From: the human T2T-CHM13v2.0 reference genome, Homo sapiens
Strand: one strand, 5' to 3'
DNA length: 64,000 bases
Assembly: GCF_009914755.1 (NCBI RefSeq)
Contig: NC_060926.1
Made by a program: the position numbers and the translations under genes
Shown here: positions 1 through 11,250 of the stretch, piece after piece
How the letters are laid out: each line of letters begins with the position of its first letter
How positions within the stretch are numbered: the stretch's first letter is position 1
Notes under the pieces: model-generated
Told to the model about the DNA's origin: nothing
Databases searched by the model: none
The model's input: only the letters and a program-made list of their open reading frames with translations

Positions 1-63
1 CCCCGTCACTTTCTGGTACACCAATTAAACGGGATTTGGTCTTTTCATATAGTCCCGTATTTC

Positions 64-513
64 TCAGAGGCTTTGTTCATATCTTTTTACTCTTTTTTCT
101 CTAAACTTTTCTTCTCGCTTCGTTTCATTCACTTGATCTTCAATCACTGATACCCTTTCTTCCACTTGATCGAATTGGCTACTGAAGCTTGTGCCTGCGT
201 CACGTAGTTCTCGTGACATGGTTTTCAGCTCCATCATGTTATTTAAGGTCTTCTCTGTGCTGTTTATTCTAGTTAGCCATTCATCTAATCTTTTTTCAAG
301 GTTTTTAGCTTCTTTGTGTTGGGTTCGAACATCTTCATTTAGCTCAGAGAAGTTTGTTGTTACCGATCTTCTGAAGCCTTCTTCTCTCAGCTCGTCAAAG
401 TCATTCTCCATCCAGCTTTGTTCCGTTGCTGGCGAAGAGCTGCGATCCTTTGGAGGAGAAGAGGTGCTCTGATTTTTAGAATTTTCAGGTCTTCTGCTCT
501 GGTTTCTCCCCAT
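64..513 (-). pseudogene. L1 ORF1p remnant, truncated by a premature stop after ...RYEQSL
   Basis: The 149-aa ORF matches the L1 ORF1p coiled-coil N-terminus. The stop falls where the consensus continues QEIWDYV. Confidence 0.92.
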
Positions 514-1113
514 CTGTGTGGTTTTATTTACCTTTGGTCTTTGATGATGGTGACCTACAAATGGGGTTTTGGTTTGGATGTCCTTTTTGTTGATATTGAT
601 GCTATTCCTTTCTATTTGTTAGTTTTCCTTCTATTAGTCAGGACCCTCAGCTGCAGATCTTTTGGAGTTTGCTGGAGGTCCACTCCAGACCCTGTTTGCC
701 TGGGTATCACCAGTGGAGGCTGCAGAACAGCAAATATTGCAGAACAGCAAATGTTGCTGCCTGATCCTTCCTCTGGAAGCTTTGTCTCAGAGGGGTACCT
801 GGCTGTATGAGGTGTCAGTCTGCCCCTACTGGGAGGTTTCTCCCAGTTAGCCTACTCAGGGGTCAGGGACCCACTTGATGAGGCAGTCTGTCAATTCTTA
901 GATCTCAAACTCCATACTGGGAGAACCACTACTCTCTTGAAAGCTGTCAGACAGGGGCGTTTAAGTCTGCAGAAGTTTCTGCTGCCTTTTGTTCAGCTAT
1001 GCCCTGCCCCCAGAAGTGGAGTCTACAGAAGCAGGCAGGCCTCGTTGAGCTGTGGTGGGCTCCACCTAGTTCTAGCTTTCTGGCTGTTTTCTTTACCTAG
1101 TCAAGCCTCAGCA

Positions 1114-1206
1114 ATGGCAGACGTCCCTTCCCCAGCCTCGCTGCCGCCTCGCAGTTCGATCTCGGACTGCTGCACTAGCAGTGAGCAAGGCTCTGTGGGC
1201 ATGTGA
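1114..1206 (+). pseudogene. L1 antisense ORF0 remnant (30 aa, premature TGA)
   Basis: gcaATGg Kozak context at 1114. Translation MADVPSPASLPPRSSISDCCTSSEQGSVGM* resembles the recalled ORF0 start MAGAPPPASLPPCSLISDCC. TGA at 1204-1206 replaces a Gly codon. Confidence 0.75.
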
Positions 1207-1604
1207 CCCACCAAGCCATGTGCAGGATATAATCTCCTGGTGTGCCATTTGCTAAGACCGTTGGAAAAACGCAGTATTAGGGCGGGAGTATCCTGATTTT
1301 CCAGGTACCATCTGTCACGGCTTCCCTTGGCTAGGAAAGGGAATTCCCCGACCCCTTGCACTTCCCAGATCAGGCGATGCCCCACACTGCTTCGGCTCAC
1401 ACTCTGTGGGCTGCACCCACTGTCCAACAAGTCCCAGTGAGATGAACCCGGTACCTCAATTGAAAATGCAGAAATCGCCTGTCTTCTGCGTCGCTCATGC
1501 TGGGAGCTGTAGACTGGAGCTGTTCCTATTCAGCTTTCATGGAACTGAGAGGAAGCAATTATTTTTGAGGTTTAAGTGACTGCTAGTAAAGTGTATCTTA
1601 CAGT

Positions 1605-1745
1605 GTGGGGGATGAGGTGGCAGGAGTGGACTGAGTCGCTGAGGCCCATCCACTGTCGGTGGTTGGCGTAGTCACCGCAGCACAGGAAGTACTGGAGGCC
1701 CGAGTAGTTGGGCTGCTCATAGAGCATCCAGTAGCCACTGTCCAC
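1605..1745 (-). pseudogene. CRYGGP: Gamma-crystallin gene fragment (3' part of exon 2, CRYGD-like); most likely the CRYGGP pseudogene fragment
   Basis: Translates to [47 protein letters not shown]. The recalled CRYGD segment is [47 protein letters not shown] (40/47 identical). It is a GC-rich island in AT-rich DNA with no other crystallin exons in the window. The family call is strong; the symbol is inferred from the known isolated gamma-G fragment. Confidence 0.88.
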
Positions 1746-2521
1746 CTCAACTTGAGGTTTTAACATAAACTTCCTAACTATCAAAGTAAGATATTTCTCA
1801 AGTAAACAAATAAATGAGCAAATGGGTGAACGGGTCAATATGAGAATGCTAAAATGATACTAATTAGAATGCAGAAAAACAGGTTTGGATATGAAACAGT
1901 TGAAATTCTCATACATTGCTGGTGTGAATATAAAATGGTATGGCCATTTTAATACAGATGCAATTGTGGTTTTATATTTGTCCTTATTTATAAATGATCG
2001 ATTTCAACAGTAGTCATTTTCAGATTTTTTATTAGATTCTAGCTGCACTCCTCTAGATAAATAAAAATTCATTAAAAGGGCAACTAAAAGTATCAATTTG
2101 AATCTTTAAGTGTTCAAATCATCCTAGGGTATTTTTCAAGTAAAAGCAAAAACAAGTAGCAAGAAGAAGCTAGTGAAAATGCAAATAGACCCTAGTAGTG
2201 ATCACTTAAAAGTCATATTGTTCATGGTCACTTATTATTCTATCATAGAAATTCATGATATTATCATTGCCCAATTTATTCTCATTGAGATCAGCAAATA
2301 GTCTTGAAGATTTATGAGGCGGAATTTGCAAATCTGGGCTGCTGACATTTGTGGTGATCAGTGGGTTACAGGATTCCCTTGACAGATTTGCCCCATAAAG
2401 GAGCTAAGGCTTCCTAAGCAATCCATATTTTCTCAATTTTATTCATCCAATTTGACCCTGAAAAGACAGAGCTATATTATTATTTTCTGTTTCTGGGAGG
2501 AGTGAAGTGGTACTAATAATT

Positions 2522-2522
2522 T

Positions 2523-2580
<58 letters not shown>

Positions 2581-2590
2581 GAGAGAGAGA
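2522..2590. repeat. Compound (TG)n(GA)n microsatellite
   Basis: Seen directly. Confidence 0.97.
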
Positions 2591-2712
2591 CAGATTAATG
2601 TCAAAAATCAAATGTCAGGCACTACTGCGACTGTAATCAGTCAAGTCTATTCTGTGTGTTTGGTTAGTATCTGTAAGTTTCTGAATATGAAAAAGAAATG
2701 AGATGGTCCAGA

Positions 2713-3308
2713 TGTTTACAAGAAGGAGTCAGACTCTGTAGAATATTTGAAGAGATTTATTCTGAGCCAAATATGATTGACTGTGGCCCATGACACAGAC
2801 CTCAGGAGGTCCTGGGAACATGTGCCCAAAATGGTTGGGGTGCAGCTTGGTTTTACACAGTTTAGGGAGGCATGAGACTTCAGTCAAATACGTTTAAATA
2901 TATTTAAGAAATACATTGATTTGGTCCAGAAAGGAGAGACAATTCTAAGCCGGTGAGGCGGGTAGTAGGGGGGTTACTGTACAGGCTATAGGTAAATGTA
3001 AACATTTTCTAGTTGACAATAGGTTGAGTTTGTCTAAAGTCCTGGGATCAATAATAAGCAATGTCTGGGTTGCTATAAGAGGTTATGGAGACCAAAGTTT
3101 TATTACACAGGTGAAGCCTCCAGGTAGCAGGTTTCAGAGAGAATAGTATATAAAATGTTTCCTATCAGACTTAAAGTCTGTGTTGATGGTAATGTCTTCC
3201 TATCATAGCCTGAAGCAGTCCTTCAGGTTAAATTTTAAAAGAGTTCTGGCTGAGGAGAAAGTCTATTCAGATAGTTGGGGGGCCTTAGAATTTTATTTTT
3301 GGTTTACA
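2713..3308 (-). mobile_element. MER4-family solo LTR (ERV1)
   Basis: The reverse complement starts TGTAAACCAAAAATAAAATTCTAAGGCCCCC and ends AATAAATCTCTTCAAATATTCTACAGAGTCTGACTCC...ACA, matching recalled MER4 termini. About 600 bp. Confidence 0.85.
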
Positions 3309-3719
3309 CATGTAAGAACTCTGAAGCATTTAATAGTAAGAAAATGACCTGGTAGCTACAAAATTGGACACTGAGGGTTTGCAGTATATCACCCAATCCT
3401 CCTTCAACTCACTTGTGAGCATCTAGGCCTGTGCCCCTGGCCCATCATCTGGAAGAAATTGGCTTGATCGGGTTTCTTTTCTGACATACCTAATCTGTCT
3501 GCTGGTGGGGAAGGCAGGAAGCCTGGAATATCTGAGGAATGTGGTGGAATTGGAAAGAAACCATGTGTTGAAGACATCCATTGTGTGGACTACAAATTTT
3601 CAAAGAGAAATTTATTTCCTTTTTGAAAAATTAATGATGTTTTTTATTTAAAAAAAAAAGCCATGCTGAAAATCATAATGATTAACATGTATTGGATATC
3701 AGTTTTGTGACATGCTTCA

Positions 3720-3890
3720 TTCCAAATGATTTTCATGTAATAATTCCTTTCATCCTATCAACAACCCACTTACATTGCTATTATCTTCATTTTAAAGATG
3801 AGAGAGCTAATTAATGAGACCAAGTTTCAGAGTAGGAATTTGAATTATGACTTTGAACCTAGTCTGGCTCTGCACAGTATACTCTTAAGC
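3720..3890 (-). mobile_element. MIR SINE
   Basis: Degenerate MIR core (attatcttcattttaaagatgag ... tttgaacctagtctggctc). Confidence 0.65.
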
Positions 3891-4364
3891 AGTAGCTTAG
3901 GAAAGAAAGCAAAAAGAAATAAGTAAATACATAAGATGATTTTTTCACTTTAAATATTATATATTTAAATATTTTACAAAATAGTGATTCACAGAAAACT
4001 CATTTTGTTATGACAAAAACAGACATTTTATGAAAAATTCCTGATATCTAATGTATAGTAATAATTAAATTTTGTGGCATCTTTTTAACCTGTATTCATT
4101 CACAATTTCAGGTATAGGCAAACTTAAGATAAATTAAGCATTTACAATGTTCTTATAATATCAGTGAAGTACTTTGCATTGGTAGTATATCTGTGATTTA
4201 TATGCTACAAACTGTGAGACAAAATGAGTACTATTTTATACCTTAGTTTTGCTTTTTATTCCACAAATAAAAAGCTGAAGACGTTTCCTTTCTGGTGATA
4301 ACATCGAAGGGGCCTCTTGGAGGTGATAAATTTTAAAGAAAAATGTACGTCCAAGAGCATATTA

Positions 4365-4475
4365 ATTCATTCATTCAATGCATATTTGTTGTGGCCTACT
4401 ACATTCTAGGTCCTGGGAACATAGTGACAAATAAAACTGACAGTGTTTCTTCCTAAAGGGAACTGTAGCCTCTAC
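4365..4475 (-). mobile_element. L2 3' end fragment
   Basis: ttcattcattcaa..atatttgttg..cctactacattctaggtcctggg is typical of the L2 terminus. Confidence 0.65.
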
Positions 4476-5489
4476 TCTAACCTAAAGGATATGTAACTTC
4501 TACTTTTTCTCATAAAGCTCAAAATCTTTCTTAGTAGGGGAAGATGGAGAAAACCAAGGTAAAAGAGCATTTATTAAAAATTCAATCACTGCCTATTATT
4601 AAGAAATCAATTTCAAAAAAAAAAAAAAAAACCTCAGTATTACCTTACAAGCGAGGACTCACTAAAAGGAAAATTAAATGTTTTGTTCAAGGTCATAAAT
4701 CTGTGTAAGGGTCACAGCAACAAAGGAGATTGGTCTCCTGATTCTAAGATCAATTCTTTTTTTGCTAGACTAGCCTACTACTTAGTGAACGTGAAAAGAT
4801 TTTTAAAATTATTTTTAATATTACTCCAAGAAGTTTAAAGCACAGTGGAATTCATAATTTACATTTCCAGGGATACCTTTTGAAAGTGATTTTTAAAAAC
4901 TGATTAATCCTAAATAGATGAGTGTCCAAAGAAACAAACTCCCAGAATATGTATAAAAGGAGATATTTTTCACTTTTTTATGACCCCAATTTTACACCTG
5001 GTTCCTTAGCAGTAAGAGTCATGTGAGTAAAGATATCTGCTTATTTAATGGTAACAAATATTAATGAGTTCTAAAGATTATTCTTTTTTAATGCAATTTT
5101 GCATTGCCGAGATCAAAAGCAAGAAACCAAAATGAAACTTGACCAATTGCCCAAACTTTAGAATTGATTAAAATTAATGGAATAGAAATTTCCTTATTAG
5201 TATATTTTTATTTCTGTCTCCAGAGTGAGTAATTGTTCTAGGAATCAGAGGTAAGGCAAACGGTAGAAACTGGGAAGAGATGAGGCCTTGGAGTGTATAA
5301 AGGTTCCTGCAGTTGGATTCAAAATGCAGTTGGACTCAAAATGAGGCTGAGGCAGGCCAAGTCTGAGGTTCCCTTGGACACAGAATTAAGACTATGCTGG
5401 GGCTTCAGAGTGCAAATCGTGTTCAGTCTCAGACATTCCCCTTTCTTTCACTGTCCCTTCCCTCCTGAATAGTGACCTGAAGTCACGAT

Positions 5490-5622
5490 TTTTTTTGTTT
5501 CTTTGTTTTGAAGGTAGGATCTCACTATGTTGCCCAGGCTTGTCTCAAACTCCTGGGCTGAAATGATCCTCTCACCTCAGCCTCCTTAGTACCTGAGACT
5601 ACAAGCTTGTGCCATTGTGGGC
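5490..5622 (-). mobile_element. Alu monomer (FLAM-like)
   Basis: T-rich tail followed by ctcactatgttgcccaggcttgtctcaaactcctgggctgaaatgatcct. Confidence 0.8.
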
Positions 5623-5777
5623 TGAAGTCACTTCCTATCAAACTGCTTGTCATCAGTTCAAATCTGTCCCCAAGGCAGCTTCTATATTTTATTCTTTAAT
5701 TAAACATAAAGATAGAGAAAAGAAACAAAATGTTTGGAAATTTAGATCCCAGGTGTGTGAAAGGGTATCTTACCTAT

Positions 5778-7199
5778 TGTGTCCGGAATTGGTGGGTTCT
5801 TGGTCTCACTGACTTCAAGAATGAAGCCGCGGTGAGTGTTACAGCTCTTACGGTTGCTCGTCTGGAGTTTGCTCCTTATGATGTTTGGATGTGTTCGGAG
5901 TTTCTTCCTTCTGGTGGGTTTGTGGTCTCGCTGGCTCAGGAGTGAAACTGCGGACCTTCACGGTGAGTGTTACAGCTCTTAAGGCAGCGTGTCTGGAGTT
6001 GTTCGTTCCTCCCGGTGGGTTCGTGGTCTCGCTGGCCTCAGGAGTGAAGCTGCAGACCTTTGCGGTGAGTGTTACAGCTCATAAAGGCAGTGTGGACCGA
6101 AAGAGTAAGCAGTAGCAAGATGTATTGCAAAGATCGAGAGAACAAAGCTTCCACAGTGTGGAAGGGGACCCCAGAGGGTTGCCACTGCTGGCTCAGGCAG
6201 CCTGTGTTTATTTTCTTATCTGGCCCCACCCACATCCTGCTGATTGGTGGAGCCGAGTGGTCTGTTTTGACAGGGCGCTGATTGGTGCAGCCCAGTGGTC
6301 TGTTTTGACAGGGCGCTGATTGGTGTGTTTACAATCCCTGAGCTAGACACAAAGGTTCTTCACCTCCCCACTAGATTAGCTAGATACACAGTGTGGACAC
6401 AAAGGTTCTCCAAGTCCCCACCAGAGTAGCTAGATACAGAGAGTCGATTGATGCATTCACAAACCCTGAGCTAGACACAGGGTGCTGATTGGTGTATTTA
6501 TTTACAAACCTTGAGCTAGATACAGAGTGCTGGTTGGTGTATTTACAATCCCCGAGCTAGACACAAAGGTTCTCCACATACCCACCAGACTCAGGAGCCC
6601 AGCTGGCTTCACCCAGTGGATCCTGCACCAGGGCTGCAGGTGGAGCTGCCTGCCAGTCCCGTGCCCTGTGCCCGCACTCCTCAGCCCTTCGGTGGTCGAT
6701 GGGACTGGGCGCCGTGGAGCTGGGGGCGGCGCTCTTCGGGAAGGCTCGGGCAGCACAGGAGCCCATGGCGGGCTGCAGGTCCCGAGCGCTGCCCCATGGG
6801 GAGGCAGCTAAGGCCCGGCAAGAAATCGAGTGCAGTGCCGGTGGGCTGGCAGTGCTGGGCTGGCCCGGGTGCTAAGCCTCTCATTGCCTGGGGCGGAAGG
6901 GCCGGCTGGCCGCTCGGAGTGCAGGGCCCACCAAGCCCACGCCCATCCGGAACTCCAGCTGGCCTGCAAGCGCTGCAGGCAGCCCCCGGTTCCCGCTCAC
7001 GCCTCTCCCTCCACACCTCCCTGCAAGCTGAGGGAGCCGGCTCCTGCCTTGGCCAGCCCAGAAAGGGGCTCCCACAGTGCAGCGGTGGGCTGAAGGGCTC
7101 CTCAAGTGCCACCAAAGTGGGAGCCCAGGCAGAGAAGGCACCGAGAGCGAGTGAGGGCTGTGAGGGCTGTGAGGGCTGCCAGCATGCTGTCACCTCTCA
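5778..7199 (-). mobile_element. LTR12C-like (ERV9) solo LTR
   Basis: The reverse complement begins TGAGAGGTGACAGCATGCTGGCAG and ends CCAAGAACCCACCAATTCCGGACACA. It has tandem CCAAT/GATA enhancer repeats (6239-6560) and a GC-rich U3. Flanks ctat/ctac form a 4-bp TSD with one mismatch. Confidence 0.95.
6239..6560 (-). promoter_or_regulatory. LTR12 NF-Y (CCAAT)/GATA repeat enhancer-promoter, directing transcription leftwards
   Basis: gctgattggtg at 6239, 6277 and 6315, plus another near 6484, with repeated agctagata/agctagaca motifs. Function is from established LTR12 biology, not measured here. Confidence 0.7.
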
Positions 7200-9114
7200 C
7201 TACCATTGAAAGTAATTGGATTTTTGAATTTGTGTATCTGACAATGTCAAAATTTTTCTATGCCAGAATTCAGTGTCTCTGACTTCAAAATGTATTTAAA
7301 TGAAAACAAAGGGTCACAATCTGTTCATATTTGTTTTTTCTTTATTTTCAGTTCATATTTGGGTAATAGGCATGGCTCAATTTGCCTTCATGGTTAATTT
7401 TTAAACACACGCATTTTGGTATTTTTCCACTAGTCATCCTGGGCATGGCATAGTTTTAAGTACTGATTTAACTTATGGCTTTCTTATAACAGACTCTTCA
7501 TTTTCCCAGTTTTAATTAATAGATTCTCATTTGGAATAGAGAAGGCTTTCTGGCATTTGGATACTGTTTTGAGTCTGGGATTTGTAAAGTATGACGATTT
7601 TGGAAAAATATAGCATGGCATGTATTTCTAAAATAAATTAAAAGTCTTCATTGTAGTCAATTGACATTTATGGGGAAATTGTTCAGTTTAACTGATGATA
7701 GATGAGAAATCCTAAAATTTACTGAAGTTTATTACCCATTTGTTATTGTTAAATCATTTTAAGTGTCTCTGGATATATGGAGCTGTAGAGAAAATTAATA
7801 AAAACTGATAGTGCTCTATAGTTGGATTTTGTTGCTAACATCAATAGCACCAAATTTTTAAAGATGAATTTTGCCCAAAAGCAAGGGAGAAAAATGATTT
7901 GCATTGTTTTATTATCTCATTTTTCCTTTATAAATATTTTTTGGGAAATCAAAGAATGAAAGTAGGCAAAGTGGAAAAAATGGGTAAGAAAAGAAACAAA
8001 AGGAAAAATAAAAATTTCAAAAGCATTGGTAAAAAACTGGAAAGAGGAGGCTGTCTCCTCCTCACTTCATCAAGATAAGGCGAGAAGCTTGAGACTCAAA
8101 GGAAAAACCAAATATGGGTTCTAAAAAAAATAGAAGGCCTAGCTGCCTACCTTGCATGCTTAGCGACTAATTTAGGCGTTAGAAACCACTGAATGAATCA
8201 GCCTGCAGGATATTAATGAAATCAGGCATCTTCTACTCTGATTCCCAGAGAAATTACTCTCCCTTCAGTGCTTCTTTCCCTCTGGCTTCACCAGGTGTTG
8301 GTAGCACCTCAATATGTTATCCTGAAGGGGAGTGAGGAAGCAGAAAGCAGGAGCTGGAATAAGAATCCGAAATCACCAACACTAGATGAAGTTATAGTTA
8401 AGAGATTTCTTCTGTTTCTTACTCCTGCTAACAAGTCATCCTAGTCTACCCACCCTCCGTACCTCCAGAATTAGGATTGGTAGAAGGAATGTACAGAAGA
8501 GATTGGACTGAAAAATAGAATGGCAATAGTTGGCTAAATTTAAAACTCTTGCTTCCTAAGAGATACAGATGGCAAGTTTGTTATAGTTAGCTCATCACTG
8601 GAGGTCTTTAAATAGTCCTAGTTGAGAAGCAACTTATGTACATGTAGCCATTAAAATGCAATAAATCTCAACACAATAAATATGGAGTGGGCAAGAACTA
8701 TAAAAGATAACTTCAGACTCTAACAATAAGCTCAAATAGGTTTGATTTTAATGAGGTTTTGGAGAATTGTGTGTTTAAATTGTGTATTTATATGTGTGCA
8801 CTCTAAAGAGGAAAAGAAACCAGGAATTGTATAATAAATAAGGGCTTTTCCTTTTTATAAACCTGTTCAATTTATTGTTTGGTGTGTTAGAGGCATACGT
8901 TTAATGCAGCACTAGTTTTAGTTTCCCTTACCAAAAAAAAAAAAAATTAAAATTAACCAAATCAGGGAAAAAAAATGACCAAACATTCAAACCAATTTAT
9001 GTGCAGGATTAATAAATGTCCACTACCTTTTTGGTTTTTTTTAAATTTTTTCCTTTGCCAATACGTGTTATTAGCTAAAAAGCCTTTTTGTAACAGAAAT
9101 GTGTGTGTGTGTTT

Positions 9115-9175
9115 TTTATTTTTTCTAAGAAAAAAAAGAGATACATGTGCAGAACGTGCAGGTTTGTTCCATAGA
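9115..9175 (-). mobile_element. Very short L1PA 3'-end fragment
   Basis: gatacatgtgcagaacgtgcaggtttgttccatag matches the reverse complement of the L1PA 3'UTR end. Confidence 0.6.
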
Positions 9176-11059
9176 GAAATATGTTTTTTTGAGGAGATTA
9201 ACAATGATCTAATGTTAGGGATTCAGTGTTATGCATTATTACTCTTCAATCCTCCACGGAGAGTGTGGCTTTTTGAGAAGGGTCTGACTGAGAAGGCTTT
9301 GGTAAGAAAATGCTGAAATGGCACATCATAGTCTGACTCGCCCTGGGTGAGTCATCTTTACCTGGTGGTACTGGAGCAGCTTTCTGAGAGCCCAACTGGC
9401 GCACTTCTCTCCTGTTGGCATTACTATATTTAGAATGCATAGCTAGAGAGCTCAGGGCTCCTCAGAATGATATTTTTAAATGTGTCATCACTCTAGACAT
9501 GCTCTCCCTCCCTCTCCAGCTGCTCCAGCCTCCCTTATACTTTCACACATCCAAATGGAACAGAATCAAGAAAAATCACACTCCAAAGGAACCTGTGACA
9601 GTAGTCTCATCCCGAATGTTAAGCTCTGGACTTAGAAGCATGCTAATAGCTCCCTTGGCTCTTGTGCTTAGCGAAGTTTGAATTCTTCTAGCAGCTCAGG
9701 GGTATGATGTACAGTGCTGTATTGAGTTCATTGTTCAATGTAAGCCTCAGGGAAGAATATAGGAAAGTCTAGTGGATACTTTTTTCTTCATTTTTTAGAA
9801 CAAGCTTTACAAAGGTTTGCATACTGGAATGGGAAATTCTGGCAATTGCTAGCTGTGACTCTGCTCCATGGTATATTAATTAATGATGAAGCAATCACGG
9901 GGAAACCTGGGCCTTTGTTCTAACCGCAAACATCTGTAGTGAAGTCAGCAGAGGCAGGGAATAGAGAAACAATCTGTACATGGAGTATACATGTAAGTAA
10001 AACATTACTAGCATGTCATTCAAATGAGAAATCTTTGTGAATAAAGGAAAAATCTTCCTCTATAAATTGTTTGATTTAGATATCTAGAGTCTACTTAATA
10101 AGCCATCAGTATTTTATATCCTTGTAAATGTACATGACTCTGAGACATAGAACAGATGCAATGTTGAGGGAACTGATTGATTAGCAGCTTTGTTAATTTA
10201 TTTAATATCAACTTTCTTATCTTGCACCTGCTTTGCGAATTTTTATATCATATGTTCCTGTATACAGGGGATATGAGAAAAAAATTGCATATATGTGTCC
10301 TAATATTTAGGTAGGGAAACAATTATATGTGTGGCAAGTAAACCTCCAAAATAACACTTAATAATAACTTGACATAAACAAGAGTTGCATAATTAAATGC
10401 AGTTGATGGGACAGTGGTTTCCACGTAAGCTTACATAATAATAAAAGATTCAAGAGTAGGAAATTTAAACTGGTAGAAATGGCTCAGCAAATATAAAGGG
10501 AATTTCAGAAGAAAAAGGTGCTCACTTGGAGCAAAGGAAATACAGGGGCAATGAGATAAAATGGAGAGTCCTGAAATAGAAGGGAAACAGCAAAGGCTGC
10601 TGTGATAATACGAAGAAGACCATGAAGGAAAGTGTCAAAATAACATCTAGAAAGTTGGATGTTTTCCTGAGGGTGAGATAATGTCATTGTATGTTTTGGA
10701 ACATAGCAGTGATATTTTAGAAATGGTTTTTGGACAAATGAATATGGCAGGGATTTCTGAATAAATAGAGATAAAGCAATCCTGGAAGCAAAGATATTAG
10801 CTAGGAAGTATTTTTTCTAGCTCAGCACGAGTCTAAGGAGGGCTTAAACTTGATTGTGACCAACCTTATGGAAGGAGACTGAGAAATATTACTATCAATA
10901 AAATGAAACCTAATGTAGGTGATAAGACAGAAGCATTGTTCTCCACTTACCCAAGAAAATATTTAAGATATCTGAATTCTCACTGGCAAGTGAAAAGCAA
11001 AGAAATGACCCAACACATGAGTAGGATTAAAACTACACTTTTAGCTAAAATAGCAATAA

Positions 11060-11250
11060 TAATTTAGTGATTTCTTAACAAATGACAATCAGTGTGCTGT
11101 AAACTTTGTATGCATGTCCTTATTTAACCTGCAACACTCCATGAGGAAATTAATATTATTTTCCACAACTCAAAAATGAGAAATCAGGTTTATAAAGGTT
11201 AAGTAAATTTGCCAAAGGTCACCCATTCAATATTTCAAATTATGTCTGAC
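11060..11250 (-). mobile_element. MIR SINE
   Basis: aaaatgagaaatcaggtttataaaggttaagtaaatttgccaaaggtcac core. Confidence 0.65.

Larger units (their letters stand above)
1..1545 (-). mobile_element. LINE-1 (L1PA, roughly PA5-PA7 age) 5' part: 5'UTR plus start of ORF1; continues beyond the left edge of the window
   Basis: The minus-strand ORF 64-513 is the L1 ORF1p N-terminus (MGRNQSRRPENSKNQSTSSPPKDRSSSPATEQSWMENDFDEL...). 1501-1545 (ggagctgtagactggagctgttcctattc...ggaac) is the reverse complement of the L1PA 5' terminus. The 5'UTR is about 1030 bp. Confidence 0.96.

Noticed and set aside
1572-1838. 88-aa ORF as a functional crystallin gene
   Set aside because: Only 47 codons are homologous. 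The rest is unrelated flank, the start codon is not ATG, and the substitutions look like neutral CpG decay.
5830-6560. Regularly spaced repeats resembling a CRISPR-like array
   Set aside because: These are the known tandem repeats of the ERV9 LTR, with no unique spacers, in a eukaryotic context.
6502-7209. Several overlapping 84-197 aa ORFs and a CpG-island-like stretch
   Set aside because: They lie within the GC-rich U3 of LTR12, where stop codons are rare. Not a gene.
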